DNA from: Pseudomonadota bacterium
GTDB taxonomy: Bacteria; Pseudomonadota; Gammaproteobacteria; Enterobacterales; JBCCZV01
Length of the DNA: 64,000 nt
NCBI GenBank assembly: GCA_039187085.1
Contig: JBCCZV010000003.1
Coordinates: 6,720-70,719 of the forward strand
Reading direction: 5' to 3'
Under the pieces are notes generated by a model. That model had not been told where the DNA came from and did not search any database. It saw only the letters and a program-made list of their open reading frames with translations. The translations under genes and the position numbers were made by a program. Of the stretch, positions 8,452 through 17,534 are shown piece after piece (the first letter of the stretch is position 1; each line of letters starts with the position of its first letter).

Positions 8452-10526
8452 AGTTCCGACTCATTGAAATCAAAGTCTAACTCTCGGCCTGGCGCTTGTA
8501 AGTAGTCGCCTTGAATATATTTAACACCCAGTGGATAAAGTGCTGCAAGAGAACTGGCATCATCCACTTCAGGCACTATAGTAACTTTATCCTGTTCGTG
8601 AGCGGCTTCAATGAGTTGTTGAACTTTTTCATTAATCTCAGAATTTGAGAAAAGTTCGTTGGTAAAAGAGCCATCCAAGATCACATAGTCAATATTGATG
8701 TGACTAAATATTCCTTCTGGATTCAAACTGCTACCAAAACCACTCATGGCGATTTTAATGCCTGAAGATTGTAACTGTTCTGTAAAGGCTATCGCGCGTT
8801 TGAGATAAGCTGCAGCATCGGTTTCATGTAATCCTATAATTAAAGCGTCACTGGGTAGTCGCGCTTTCCTTAAATTGGATTGAATAAAAGAGGCTAAAGT
8901 ATCATCGATGATCGAGCCACCGGATAGCTGAACAAATAATTGCGTATTTTTTTGTTTTTTACGTTCACTATTTGCGGTTCTTAAGGCTTGAGCAATCACC
9001 CAGCGATCGAGTTTAGCCGTCAAGCCTGATTGGTTGGTAATGGGGAAAAGCTCTGTTGGTGGAACCAGTTCGCCTTCATCATTTTCCATGCGCAAATACA
9101 CTTGGTAGTATTCGGCAAGTTCGCCATGAAGTTTGGAAATGGGTTGATAAGTGAGAAACATTTTGTTCGTTTCTAAAGCTTCTTGAATTTTTTCTACCAA
9201 CTCTGCATTTGAAGACCCAGCCGCTTGTTCAAAAGCTGGATTGTAAACTCTCACGCCGTTGCCTTCTTTTTTATGGACTCGCAAAAAGGCTTGGTAGGCT
9301 TGCATTAATATTTTATCGCCACTTGGAGATTTTTCGGTAATAAAAGCGATACCAATGCTCAAAGTACAATGCAGAGTTCGACCCTGGATATCAATGAGTT
9401 GTTTAGAGAAAGCGACGACTAAATTGTTAGCAATATTTTTTGCTTCGTCTGGTTTCTGGTTTTTAAACAGAATACCAAAGCCTTCATCGCTCACTTTAGC
9501 AGTGATTTCTGATTCTATATTCTGTTCAAGAACGAAATTGGCCGTTTGCTTGATAAGTTCATCAGTACCGCTTATGCCATAATCACTGCGTACTTGATCG
9601 AATTGATCGGCTTCTATATAGAAAAATGCAAAGTTTTCGTTATTATTTGCTGCATGGCCTGAAGCGTGAACCAAGGATTCTAAGAGATGTTGGCGATTAT
9701 AAAAGCCAGTTAGTTGATCGACTGCTGAAAGTTCTTTTAGTTTTTGTTCAAGTTCAGCGCTATCGCCACCGGCTCGTATTAATACTTGTGTACATTCCTC
9801 GCCATCGTAAGTTGCAGGGCTTAGCGACAGCATAGCATTAAACGTACTCCCATCATCTTTTAAACCTTCAAACGAAAACTCATTAGTACTATTTTCTTTA
9901 AATTCTCGTAAAAACTGTTTAAAGGCTTCCTGGTAATCAGAAGAAATGATGTCCATTACCGGTATACAAGCCAATTCGTCCTGATCTTCGTAGCCAAATA
10001 ATTCAGCATAAGCATCATTGGTATAAATGTGCATCCCATCATGCACATAAGCTATAGCATCACGCGAACTTTGCAGTAACAAATTGCAGCGTATTTCAGC
10101 TTCTTTGAGTGCATGTTCCGCACGGCGTCGACACTTGCGGTGGTTAGCATTTTCAAGTTCATGCTGAATCATTAAACGAATGAGTTCTGGATCGGTAGCG
10201 GGAGCAACGCCATGAATTCCAAGTTTCATGGCTTCACGAATCAGTTCAATTGTGAAATCGTTAAGGATAAGGATAAAAGGTAAGTCTTTCCCATAGTGCT
10301 GCACGATTTTGAATGCCTGAAATGCGTTGAGGTCTTTTACCTTTGGTTTAGACAGATACAGATCCCAGTTTTGTCTTTCGAGAGCGACTTGCAGCGCCTC
10401 TTCACTTTCCACTTGCTCTGCTCTTACGGCATATCCAGAGTTACGTAAGATATTAATAGTTTTTTCAGCCTCATTAGAAGATGGGTCACTAATGAGAAGG
10501 TAAACTGTTTTGATTTTTGCAGCCAT
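8448..10526 (-). CDS. FimX-like REC-PAS-GGDEF-EAL protein with degenerate catalytic motifs (probable c-di-GMP sensor, not an enzyme)
   Basis: 692 aa. The N-terminal receiver-like domain lacks the acceptor Asp (WDLYLSKPK where DLVLLD is expected). A PAS-like region contains SRDAIAYVHDGMHIYTND. The GGDEF position reads SDEGF. In the EAL domain, EAL reads QVY, the DDFG position reads SGFGSS, and the K of KxD reads L (VILDGSF), while YQPI, DRW and QG are kept. Confidence 0.75.
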   Translation of the reverse strand: MAAKIKTVYLLISDPSSNEAEKTINILRNSGYAVRAEQVESEEALQVALERQNWDLYLSKPKVKDLNAFQAFKIVQHYGKDLPFILILNDFTIELIREAMKLGIHGVAPATDPELIRLMIQHELENANHRKCRRRAEHALKEAEIRCNLLLQSSRDAIAYVHDGMHIYTNDAYAELFGYEDQDELACIPVMDIISSDYQEAFKQFLREFKENSTNEFSFEGLKDDGSTFNAMLSLSPATYDGEECTQVLIRAGGDSAELEQKLKELSAVDQLTGFYNRQHLLESLVHASGHAANNNENFAFFYIEADQFDQVRSDYGISGTDELIKQTANFVLEQNIESEITAKVSDEGFGILFKNQKPDEAKNIANNLVVAFSKQLIDIQGRTLHCTLSIGIAFITEKSPSGDKILMQAYQAFLRVHKKEGNGVRVYNPAFEQAAGSSNAELVEKIQEALETNKMFLTYQPISKLHGELAEYYQVYLRMENDEGELVPPTELFPITNQSGLTAKLDRWVIAQALRTANSERKKQKNTQLFVQLSGGSIIDDTLASFIQSNLRKARLPSDALIIGLHETDAAAYLKRAIAFTEQLQSSGIKIAMSGFGSSLNPEGIFSHINIDYVILDGSFTNELFSNSEINEKVQQLIEAAHEQDKVTIVPEVDDASSLAALYPLGVKYIQGDYLQAPGRELDFDFNESEL

Positions 10527-10684
10527 ATACCAAATTTTGCCTTAAACAAAGAAGTTTTTAATGAATAAAAGTGAGTCCGCTCAGCAGGCATCAGCAAAGA
10601 ATTGTAGCGATAACTCTCATATTAAACCATCGAATTTCGAACTTTGCACGAGTGCTCCGGCAAAATTTGTGGTGAGAGTCTCTT

Positions 10685-12607
10685 TTAAATTAAATCCCAG
10701 ACATTATCAAAGTCATCTAAATCCGTATCTTGCCCTAAAGTACTTTTCTCTACAGTGGGTTTATTTTGTCCTGTATTGTTTTTCGAATCTTGTGATAGAG
10801 ATTCAAATTCAAATTGTTTATAGCTGTGTGTATTGTTATTGAGCTTAACTAACCTGACTATCTCATCCCTCTCGTCGTCCACGAAGCGAACTTTGTGCTG
10901 AACCCTATAAGGAACGGGCGGGGTAATGAGTGTTGCTGCCTGTTTTAATCCTTTGATTTCTGGTACTAGCAAGCTACGTTGAAAGGCTTGGGTGTTCATT
11001 TTGCTGTCTCTGACTTGGGAACGAACGGGAATGGCTGTTGGTGCAATTAATTGTAAACCGATTTGCGCAATGCCTTGATTATTGCGTTTTATCCACCGTA
11101 CAACTGAAATACTCCAGTAAGAAGAATCATTTTCTTCTCGCAAAATGCCAACGATTTCTCCCGTTTGTGTTTGCGCGGGAATATTAGTTGGTAATCGCAA
11201 ACAATAACCTCCAGGGCTCATATTCACAATGGAGGCTTCAATAGTTTCGTAGGAAACATCATCATTATTCGAAGTGAAGGAATTCGGCGCCGATATTGAA
11301 TAGAGACTTTCTTGCTCATCACTTGGGCTACCAGCGTGATTGTTCACTTTATTCCAGACATCTTCGGGTGGTCTAGAACCACTGTCTCGAGCCGCAAATG
11401 TGGCAGGCTTAGGTTGAGTCGTCTCTGGCTGTTCTGGTGAAGTCTGGCCTTGGTTGAGAGATGAGTTTGGCCCCCCACTTCTTTCCTCATCGCTATATAA
11501 TTCGTTATCAAAAAATTCGGTATTATTTTCGAGAATAGATTGCGTCAAAACATGATGAGTAGCGGCTAATCCAACGGCTATTTGCACATCTGCTTGCGAT
11601 GTCATCCTAGAAAAAGAGCGGTGCGATAATTTCCCAAGAGAGCTAATTAAGTGCCGTAATATGATGGGATTAAAAGCATAATTACCATAACGTGTAAATT
11701 GTGAGCTATCTTCGGGGACTCTTCTGAGGTGCTCATCCAGATAATCCACTAGATTCTGTGTATTTACTTTTAAAAAGGTTTTGGCAGGTACTTCGGTATC
11801 TTTTTGCGCTTGTTTAATAGCAGCATGGTGGATCGGTGGTGAATCTTGTCCAAGGTCAATGACATATTTGTTGTCTACGACTTGGGTTTCTTCCAAGTAA
11901 ATCATTGATATGAGGTCGTCGAGTGCAGCAAATACCAAATCAATATCTTTTTGACGCAACTGATAAGGGTTAGACATGGCTAACAAGACAATCCGCATAT
12001 ACAGGTTTTCAAGAGTTAATTTTCGCGTTTTTTCAGCGTCGATATTAATTTTGTTTTGGTGGTAATTGTGGTGACGTGCGTAGTTGTACAGCATATGAAT
12101 TTCGAGCCATACGCCTTTAGGTGGTTGGGTATAAAGTTGGTAGCAGCGTATGATAACTTTGCACATATAATCCATGGCGAGATACATGCCGGGTATTAAT
12201 GTTTTTTTATCTAATAAAAAAGATGAACGACCGAGAATAGACTCAATAACTGATTTGTAACCCAAGGACATTTCCATGTCCATGGCTTGAGCTAATGCTG
12301 CAATTTTTTTTTGTTTAGCATTAATAGCGATAGATCGCCCTAGATAATGCTTGCGCAAAGCTTGAGAAATATAATTTGCAGATTTTTCAATGACTAAAAG
12401 GCTTTTAAAGCGCTGATCGTAGCTAATAATAGAACGGTTTGCTTCTGATAAAACACTATAAATAGATTTTGATATTTCACCCACGTTAGCCATAGGTAAA
12501 GAACTAATCCATTTTTGAATGGTTTTAGGTTCAAATTTTACTACAGGTGTTTTATTTTTTGACTGCTCGCGTAGAGACAGCCCTATACAGCCTTTACTTA
12601 TTTGCAC
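10685..12607 (-). CDS. Large conserved-hypothetical protein with a C-terminal PilZ-like beta-barrel segment lacking RxxxR
   Basis: 640 aa. The C-terminal roughly 110 aa read IEASIVNMSPGGYCLRLP...GEIVGILRE...WSISVVRWIKR...GLQLI. This matches the (D/N)xSxxG half of PilZ, with no RxxxR upstream. A Ser/Pro/Gln-rich linker precedes it, and the N-terminal roughly 400 aa is unassigned. It is co-directional with and immediately downstream of the FimX-like gene. Confidence 0.55.
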   Translation of the reverse strand: MQISKGCIGLSLREQSKNKTPVVKFEPKTIQKWISSLPMANVGEISKSIYSVLSEANRSIISYDQRFKSLLVIEKSANYISQALRKHYLGRSIAINAKQKKIAALAQAMDMEMSLGYKSVIESILGRSSFLLDKKTLIPGMYLAMDYMCKVIIRCYQLYTQPPKGVWLEIHMLYNYARHHNYHQNKINIDAEKTRKLTLENLYMRIVLLAMSNPYQLRQKDIDLVFAALDDLISMIYLEETQVVDNKYVIDLGQDSPPIHHAAIKQAQKDTEVPAKTFLKVNTQNLVDYLDEHLRRVPEDSSQFTRYGNYAFNPIILRHLISSLGKLSHRSFSRMTSQADVQIAVGLAATHHVLTQSILENNTEFFDNELYSDEERSGGPNSSLNQGQTSPEQPETTQPKPATFAARDSGSRPPEDVWNKVNNHAGSPSDEQESLYSISAPNSFTSNNDDVSYETIEASIVNMSPGGYCLRLPTNIPAQTQTGEIVGILREENDSSYWSISVVRWIKRNNQGIAQIGLQLIAPTAIPVRSQVRDSKMNTQAFQRSLLVPEIKGLKQAATLITPPVPYRVQHKVRFVDDERDEIVRLVKLNNNTHSYKQFEFESLSQDSKNNTGQNKPTVEKSTLGQDTDLDDFDNVWDLI

Positions 12608-12831
12608 GCGAAACCCATCCGGCAGCTAGTTTAGCATCTAAACGTTAATTATGTTTTGCACTTTCAATACGATAATAGATCAGTAGCTGACATCCAAGAA
12701 CTAATGAGACAACATCAGTAGAAATCTCATTAACTGATAATCTATCAAAATATTAACGAGTTTGATTTAGGAAAACTAATGTAAGTATAAGACATTTTTG
12801 CGATTTGACCTTTCGTCAGTAGAAAAAAATC

Positions 12832-13881
12832 TTAATTGTGAAGTGATGCGAATAATGGATTAGAAGTTGGGATTCCGTAAGGAAGTTTGCTTTTCTCTCC
12901 AGGAATTTCCCTAACCAGTTTGGGTACGAGAAAACCAGGTAACTCGGCTAATAACGCTTTATAAAGACTCGTTATTTTATTCGGCGCAACTTCAAAATGT
13001 TGCGTACCCATAGTTTGATCGAGAGTGTGTAAATAGTAAGGAATAACATTGAGCTCAAAAAGCTTTTCAGAAAGGTTTGCTAGAGTTTTTGCATCGCTAT
13101 TAATGTCTTTCAATAGAACGCTTTGATTCAGTAACTGTACACCAACTTCTCGTAGTTTTGACAAGGCGTTTTCTACAGAATGATCAATCTCATTGGGATG
13201 GTTGATATGTAACACAAAAATTGTTTTTAGTTTTGGTTGTGATTGTGCCCAACTGAGTAATTTATCGTTAATTCGCTCAGGAATAACAACGGGCAGTCGT
13301 GTATGAACTCGAAGTCGTTTAATGGTTTTGATTTCTGCAATACCTGTAATCAAGGTATTCAGTTGATTATCATCAACAATCAAAGGATCTCCGCCGCTTA
13401 GTATGACCTCATTAATTTCGGGATGTTCTTTTAAATACGTGAGCCAAGTTGCTTGTTGTTGGCGAGAAATGGTGTGTTGCGAATAAGGGAAATGACGTCG
13501 AAAACAGTAGCGACAATTGATAGCACATCCTCCTGATAATATTAAAAGCACGCGTGAAGTGTATTTGTGAAGAAGTCCAGGTAAAGATGTCGCTTGTTCT
13601 TGTAAAGGATCTGTCGAAAAACCTGGTTGCTGCGTAAACTCTTGAGATTGAGGAAGAACTTGCAGTAAAAGCGGATCTTTAGCGTCATTTTTTGCCATTC
13701 TTGAGGCGAAAGGTTGGGGTACGCGCATGGAAAAAAGTTGTTCTGCTGCAAATGGTTCTCGTGCATGCGCTGGCCATTCCAAATAGCTTAAAAGGTCATC
13801 AACACGTTGGAAACCCTCTGTAAGAATATTTTTCCAAGCGTTGGTCTGACATTTACTCTCGGTTCGGGTTATCATTTGCAT
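12832..13881 (-). CDS. epmB: EF-P beta-lysylation protein EpmB (lysine 2,3-aminomutase family, radical SAM)
   Basis: 349 aa with the CAINCRYCFRRHFPY radical-SAM CxxxCxxC motif and SGGDPL. It is divergent from efp, as in enterobacteria. Confidence 0.9.
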   Translation of the reverse strand: MQMITRTESKCQTNAWKNILTEGFQRVDDLLSYLEWPAHAREPFAAEQLFSMRVPQPFASRMAKNDAKDPLLLQVLPQSQEFTQQPGFSTDPLQEQATSLPGLLHKYTSRVLLILSGGCAINCRYCFRRHFPYSQHTISRQQQATWLTYLKEHPEINEVILSGGDPLIVDDNQLNTLITGIAEIKTIKRLRVHTRLPVVIPERINDKLLSWAQSQPKLKTIFVLHINHPNEIDHSVENALSKLREVGVQLLNQSVLLKDINSDAKTLANLSEKLFELNVIPYYLHTLDQTMGTQHFEVAPNKITSLYKALLAELPGFLVPKLVREIPGEKSKLPYGIPTSNPLFASLHN

Positions 13882-14120
13882 TTTGGGTAAATCCTAAAAA
13901 CACTGAAATTGTACTCTGTAAACAATGTTGCTTGTACTGCGGCACTGGAGAACACAATTTAGGCAATATTGTACGTTTTATGTTCGGTATGAATCACTAC
14001 AACTTTGTTGACTGCTCAATAAAGCGTGGGTCAAACTCGTTTAAACACGATTGTATCGTCAAAACGAATGAACGGACATAGCCTAGATAAGAGTTTTGAA
14101 AAGATATATCGAGGAAAGTA

Positions 14121-14690
14121 ATGGCAAATTATAGTACGAATGAGTTCCGTGGTGGATTGAAAATTATGATGGATGGTGATCCTTGCTCTATTCTGGAAAA
14201 TGAAATGGTTAAGCCAGGTAAAGGTCAAGCATTTAATCGAGTTAAAATTCGCAACTTACTCACAGGGCGTGTCGTTGAACGCACATTTAAATCGGGCGAC
14301 TCTGTAGAGGCTGCTGATGTGGTCGATGTGGAAATGGAATATGTTTACAATGATGGTGATTTTTGGTATTTCATGGATCCGCAAAGTTTTGAGCAAATAG
14401 GGGCTGATAAAAAAGCGATTGGTGATAACCAAAAGTGGTTGATTGAGCAAGATAAATGTGAAGTCACTTTGTGGAATGGGACGCCAATATCGGTAACTCC
14501 TCCTAATTTTATTATTTCAGAGGTTACTGAAACGGATCCTGGCTTGAAAGGTGATACAGCCGGCACAGGTGGCAAGCCGGCAACAGTCGCTACGGGTGCG
14601 GTAGTTCGCGTCCCACTTTTTATTCAAGTCGGTGAAGTGATTAAAATTGATACGCGTACAGGTGAATATAGCGCTCGAGTTAAAAATTAG
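14121..14690 (+). CDS. efp: Translation elongation factor P
   Basis: 189 aa. It starts [21 protein letters not shown] and carries the modification loop VKPGKGQAF with the Lys that EpmA/EpmB modify. Confidence 0.97.
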   Translation: MANYSTNEFRGGLKIMMDGDPCSILENEMVKPGKGQAFNRVKIRNLLTGRVVERTFKSGDSVEAADVVDVEMEYVYNDGDFWYFMDPQSFEQIGADKKAIGDNQKWLIEQDKCEVTLWNGTPISVTPPNFIISEVTETDPGLKGDTAGTGGKPATVATGAVVRVPLFIQVGEVIKIDTRTGEYSARVKN

Positions 14691-14699
14691 TTGCACTTT

Positions 14700-15662
14700 A
14701 TGGACTTCAGCCAATCATGGCGCCCTACAGCTGAACATGCAACCTTGATTCAGCGGGCTAAATTATTGCGGGATATTCGAGAGTTTTTCTATGAGCGTCA
14801 TGTATTAGAGGTCGATACTCCACTTTTGTCGGCTTTTGGTGTAACTGAGCCGCACACGTTAAATCTCAGTGTAAAAGATACCTTAGGTAATGAACTTGGG
14901 TATTTACAAACATCACCAGAATATGCGATGAAGCGCTTACTCTGTTCCGGAGTAGGTAGTATTTATCAAATCGGCAAAGCATTTCGTGACGATCAAGAAA
15001 GCCGTTATCACAGTCCTGAGTTCACACTGTTAGAATGGTATCGGGTTGGATTTAACATGGCTGAACTGATGGATGAAATCGATGAGCTGTTGCTAATGTT
15101 GCTTGATTGCGCGAGCGCTAAGCGTTTCAGCTACCAGCAAAGTTTCCATGCTTATCTCGATATTGATCCATGGCAGTGTGAATTATCTACATTGAAAGCG
15201 GTTGCTAAACACAAAGCCAACTACGAAAGTTCTGAAGATGATGAGCGCGATACCTTACTCAATCTTTTATTTTCTACTTGCATAGAACCGCATCTGGGTT
15301 TTAATGAGCCATGTTTCGTGTTTCATTATCCGAATTCTCAAGCTAGTTTAGCAGCTACGCATCCTGAAGACGCAAATCTAGCCTTGCGCTTTGAGCTATT
15401 TATTAACGGCGTGGAGATTGCGAATGGTTTTGAAGAGCTTACCCAAGTGAAAGAACAACGCCGACGTTTCGAGCAGGACAATCGAGAAAGGCAGAAAATG
15501 GGCTTGCCTCATATGGCGATTGATGAGCGCTTCTTATCCTCGCTCGAAGCCGGCCTGCCAATATGTAGTGGTGTTGCATTAGGCGTGGAGCGTTTGATGA
15601 TGATCATAAAGAAGGCACAGCATATTGAGCAAGTAATCGCATTTCCTTATAGCCGTGCTTAG
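14700..15662 (+). CDS. epmA: EF-P-lysine lysyltransferase EpmA (PoxA/GenX)
   Basis: Class-II aaRS-like core with YLQTSPEYAMKRLL, FRDDQESRYHSPEFTLLEWY and GVALGVERL. The ORF track starts at TTG 14691, directly after the efp stop. ATG 14700 (MDFSQSWRPTAE) matches the usual N-terminus. Confidence 0.9.
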   Translation: MDFSQSWRPTAEHATLIQRAKLLRDIREFFYERHVLEVDTPLLSAFGVTEPHTLNLSVKDTLGNELGYLQTSPEYAMKRLLCSGVGSIYQIGKAFRDDQESRYHSPEFTLLEWYRVGFNMAELMDEIDELLLMLLDCASAKRFSYQQSFHAYLDIDPWQCELSTLKAVAKHKANYESSEDDERDTLLNLLFSTCIEPHLGFNEPCFVFHYPNSQASLAATHPEDANLALRFELFINGVEIANGFEELTQVKEQRRRFEQDNRERQKMGLPHMAIDERFLSSLEAGLPICSGVALGVERLMMIIKKAQHIEQVIAFPYSRA

Positions 15663-15672
15663 CAGGCTTTTC

Positions 15673-16533
15673 CTAATATTTTTCAATACGGGCGATTGGT
15701 TGGCCGAGCTGAATGGCATCACCTTCGGCAAGTTCTAACCATGACACTGTATTTTCTGGAAATAGCAAAATAACTGTAGAACCTAAAAGAAAACGCCCGA
15801 TTTCTTGTCCCATTTCATAATGAAGCTTGTGTGAATCATATTGCCAAGAACTGACTTCAGAAGCTGAAGGTGGGGTAACTACGCCAGACCATTGTGTAGC
15901 TATACTGCCTACAATAGTGGCACCCACAAAAATTACAGCTACTGGACCCAGATGTGTTTCGAAGTAGGCAATAATCCGCTCATTTCTAGCAAACAATCCA
16001 GGTATATTATTGGCAGTGGTAGGGTTTACCGAAAATAAGCGCCCCGGTACATGAGTCATTTGTAGTAACCGTCCGTTCATTGGCATATGAATACGGTGAT
16101 AATCTTTAGGTGAGAGATATAATGTTGCAAAAGCGCCATTTTTAAAGTGATTTTCATATTGGCTGTCTTTAGCCAGTAAAGATGATAATGAATAGTGATG
16201 GTTTTTTGCCTGAATAATTGATTGATGGCGGATCTGGCCGATTTGGCTAATAGCACCATCAACTGGGCTGGCAATGATGTTATCGTCTTCCGGGAAAGTA
16301 CGGACGCCTGGCTTTAATTGGCGTGTGAAAAAATCATTAAAGCTTTGATAAGCTTCAGCGGATTCGAATTCAGCTTCCTGCATATTGACATTGTACTGGC
16401 GAATAAATGTGTTTATTGCCCAGTTTTTCAGAAAAGGTGTGCGCAGATCCGCAAGTTTACCACACAATTGGGAAAGCGCATGTTGTGGAATGACATATTG
16501 AGAGCCAATGAAAAGTTTTTCCCAAATACTCAT
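15673..16533 (-). CDS. psd: Phosphatidylserine decarboxylase proenzyme
   Basis: It has the LGSTVILLF self-cleavage site (LGST), plus FNDFFTRQLKPGVR and SPKDYHRIHMP. I chose the start at MSIWEKLFIGSQYVIPQH (ATG at 16533) because an AGAGGTAAGG SD lies upstream. The longer ORF to 16569 is unlikely. Confidence 0.93.
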   Translation of the reverse strand: MSIWEKLFIGSQYVIPQHALSQLCGKLADLRTPFLKNWAINTFIRQYNVNMQEAEFESAEAYQSFNDFFTRQLKPGVRTFPEDDNIIASPVDGAISQIGQIRHQSIIQAKNHHYSLSSLLAKDSQYENHFKNGAFATLYLSPKDYHRIHMPMNGRLLQMTHVPGRLFSVNPTTANNIPGLFARNERIIAYFETHLGPVAVIFVGATIVGSIATQWSGVVTPPSASEVSSWQYDSHKLHYEMGQEIGRFLLGSTVILLFPENTVSWLELAEGDAIQLGQPIARIEKY

Positions 16534-16682
16534 TAACCTTACCTCTTTAGAATAACATTTGCTGCGCATTGTAGGGTATTCGCTAGCAATTGTCAGTAGA
16601 CTTTATCGGTAATTGCTATAGTAAAAAAGATATTAAGCACATCAGCTTTATTGAAAATAACCTAGCGAGTTTACTCTTTACT

Positions 16683-17534
16683 ATGACAAAGTTATTGGGG
16701 CTTTTGACCGTCTTTTTAGCGGTATTTGGTGGATATTGGCTGGCTTCAGGTAAATTGTTGGCGCTTTGGCAACCTTTCGAAATCATCATCATTGTAGGTG
16801 CAGCGATGGGGGCTTTTGTCATTGCCAATCCTCTCAGTGTGGTCAAGGATACATTTAAAGGTGTCGGCAGTGTGTTTCGAGGCAGTGAATACGGGCGAAA
16901 CCTTTATCTTGATCTCTTATTGTTATTGTTTCGTTTATTTGGCAAGGTGCGGCGAGAAGGTTTGATAGCGCTAGAGCGGGATATTGATGATCCAAAAAGT
17001 AGTAAATTATTTCGTAAGCATATTTACATTATGCGTAATAAGGAGGCGTTGGAGTTTATTACTGATTATATGCGATTGGTCATCATTGGCGATATGTCAG
17101 CCTACGAACTTGAAAGCTTGATGGAAACAGAAATTGATAATATGCATAAGGCTAAATTAGCGCCAGTTGATGCTCTTTACAAAAGCGCTGACGCTTTGCC
17201 TGGCTTTGGTATTGTCGCTGCAGTTTTAGGTATAGTGATCACTATGCAAGCTTTGGGAGGGGAACCAGAAGAATTAGGCTATCATATTGCGGCTGCTCTC
17301 GTTGGGACTTTTATTGGTATTTTTTTAGCATATGGCGTTGTTGGTCCTTTAGCATCAGCGCTAGAACAACAAGTCAGTAATGACGTAAAATTTTTCGAGT
17401 GTATAAAATCTGCAATTGTCGCATCCATTAACGGTGTTCCTCCGCAAGTTGCTGTAGAATTCGCACGTAAATCCATGAGTGTAAAATATCGTCCAGGTTT
17501 CAATGAATTAGAAAAGCGGATTCGAAGTACATGA
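16683..17534 (+). CDS. motA: Flagellar motor stator protein MotA
   Basis: From ATG 16683, MTKLLGLLTVFLAVFGGYWLASGKLLALWQPFEIIIIVGAAMGAFVIANP aligns with the E. coli MotA N-terminus. It has four TM helices, a charged cytoplasmic loop (RREGLIALERDIDDP) and the conserved prolines (ALPGFGIV, YGVVGPLA). Confidence 0.88.
   Translation: MTKLLGLLTVFLAVFGGYWLASGKLLALWQPFEIIIIVGAAMGAFVIANPLSVVKDTFKGVGSVFRGSEYGRNLYLDLLLLLFRLFGKVRREGLIALERDIDDPKSSKLFRKHIYIMRNKEALEFITDYMRLVIIGDMSAYELESLMETEIDNMHKAKLAPVDALYKSADALPGFGIVAAVLGIVITMQALGGEPEELGYHIAAALVGTFIGIFLAYGVVGPLASALEQQVSNDVKFFECIKSAIVASINGVPPQVAVEFARKSMSVKYRPGFNELEKRIRST

Noticed and set aside
10561-10842. This is a 93-aa + strand ORF spanning the spacer between the FimX-like gene and the PilZ-like gene.
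   Set aside because: It overlaps the 3' end of the 640-aa gene. Its sequence is low-complexity (…QIQIVYSCVYCY) with no recognisable motif and no SD. It is most likely spurious.
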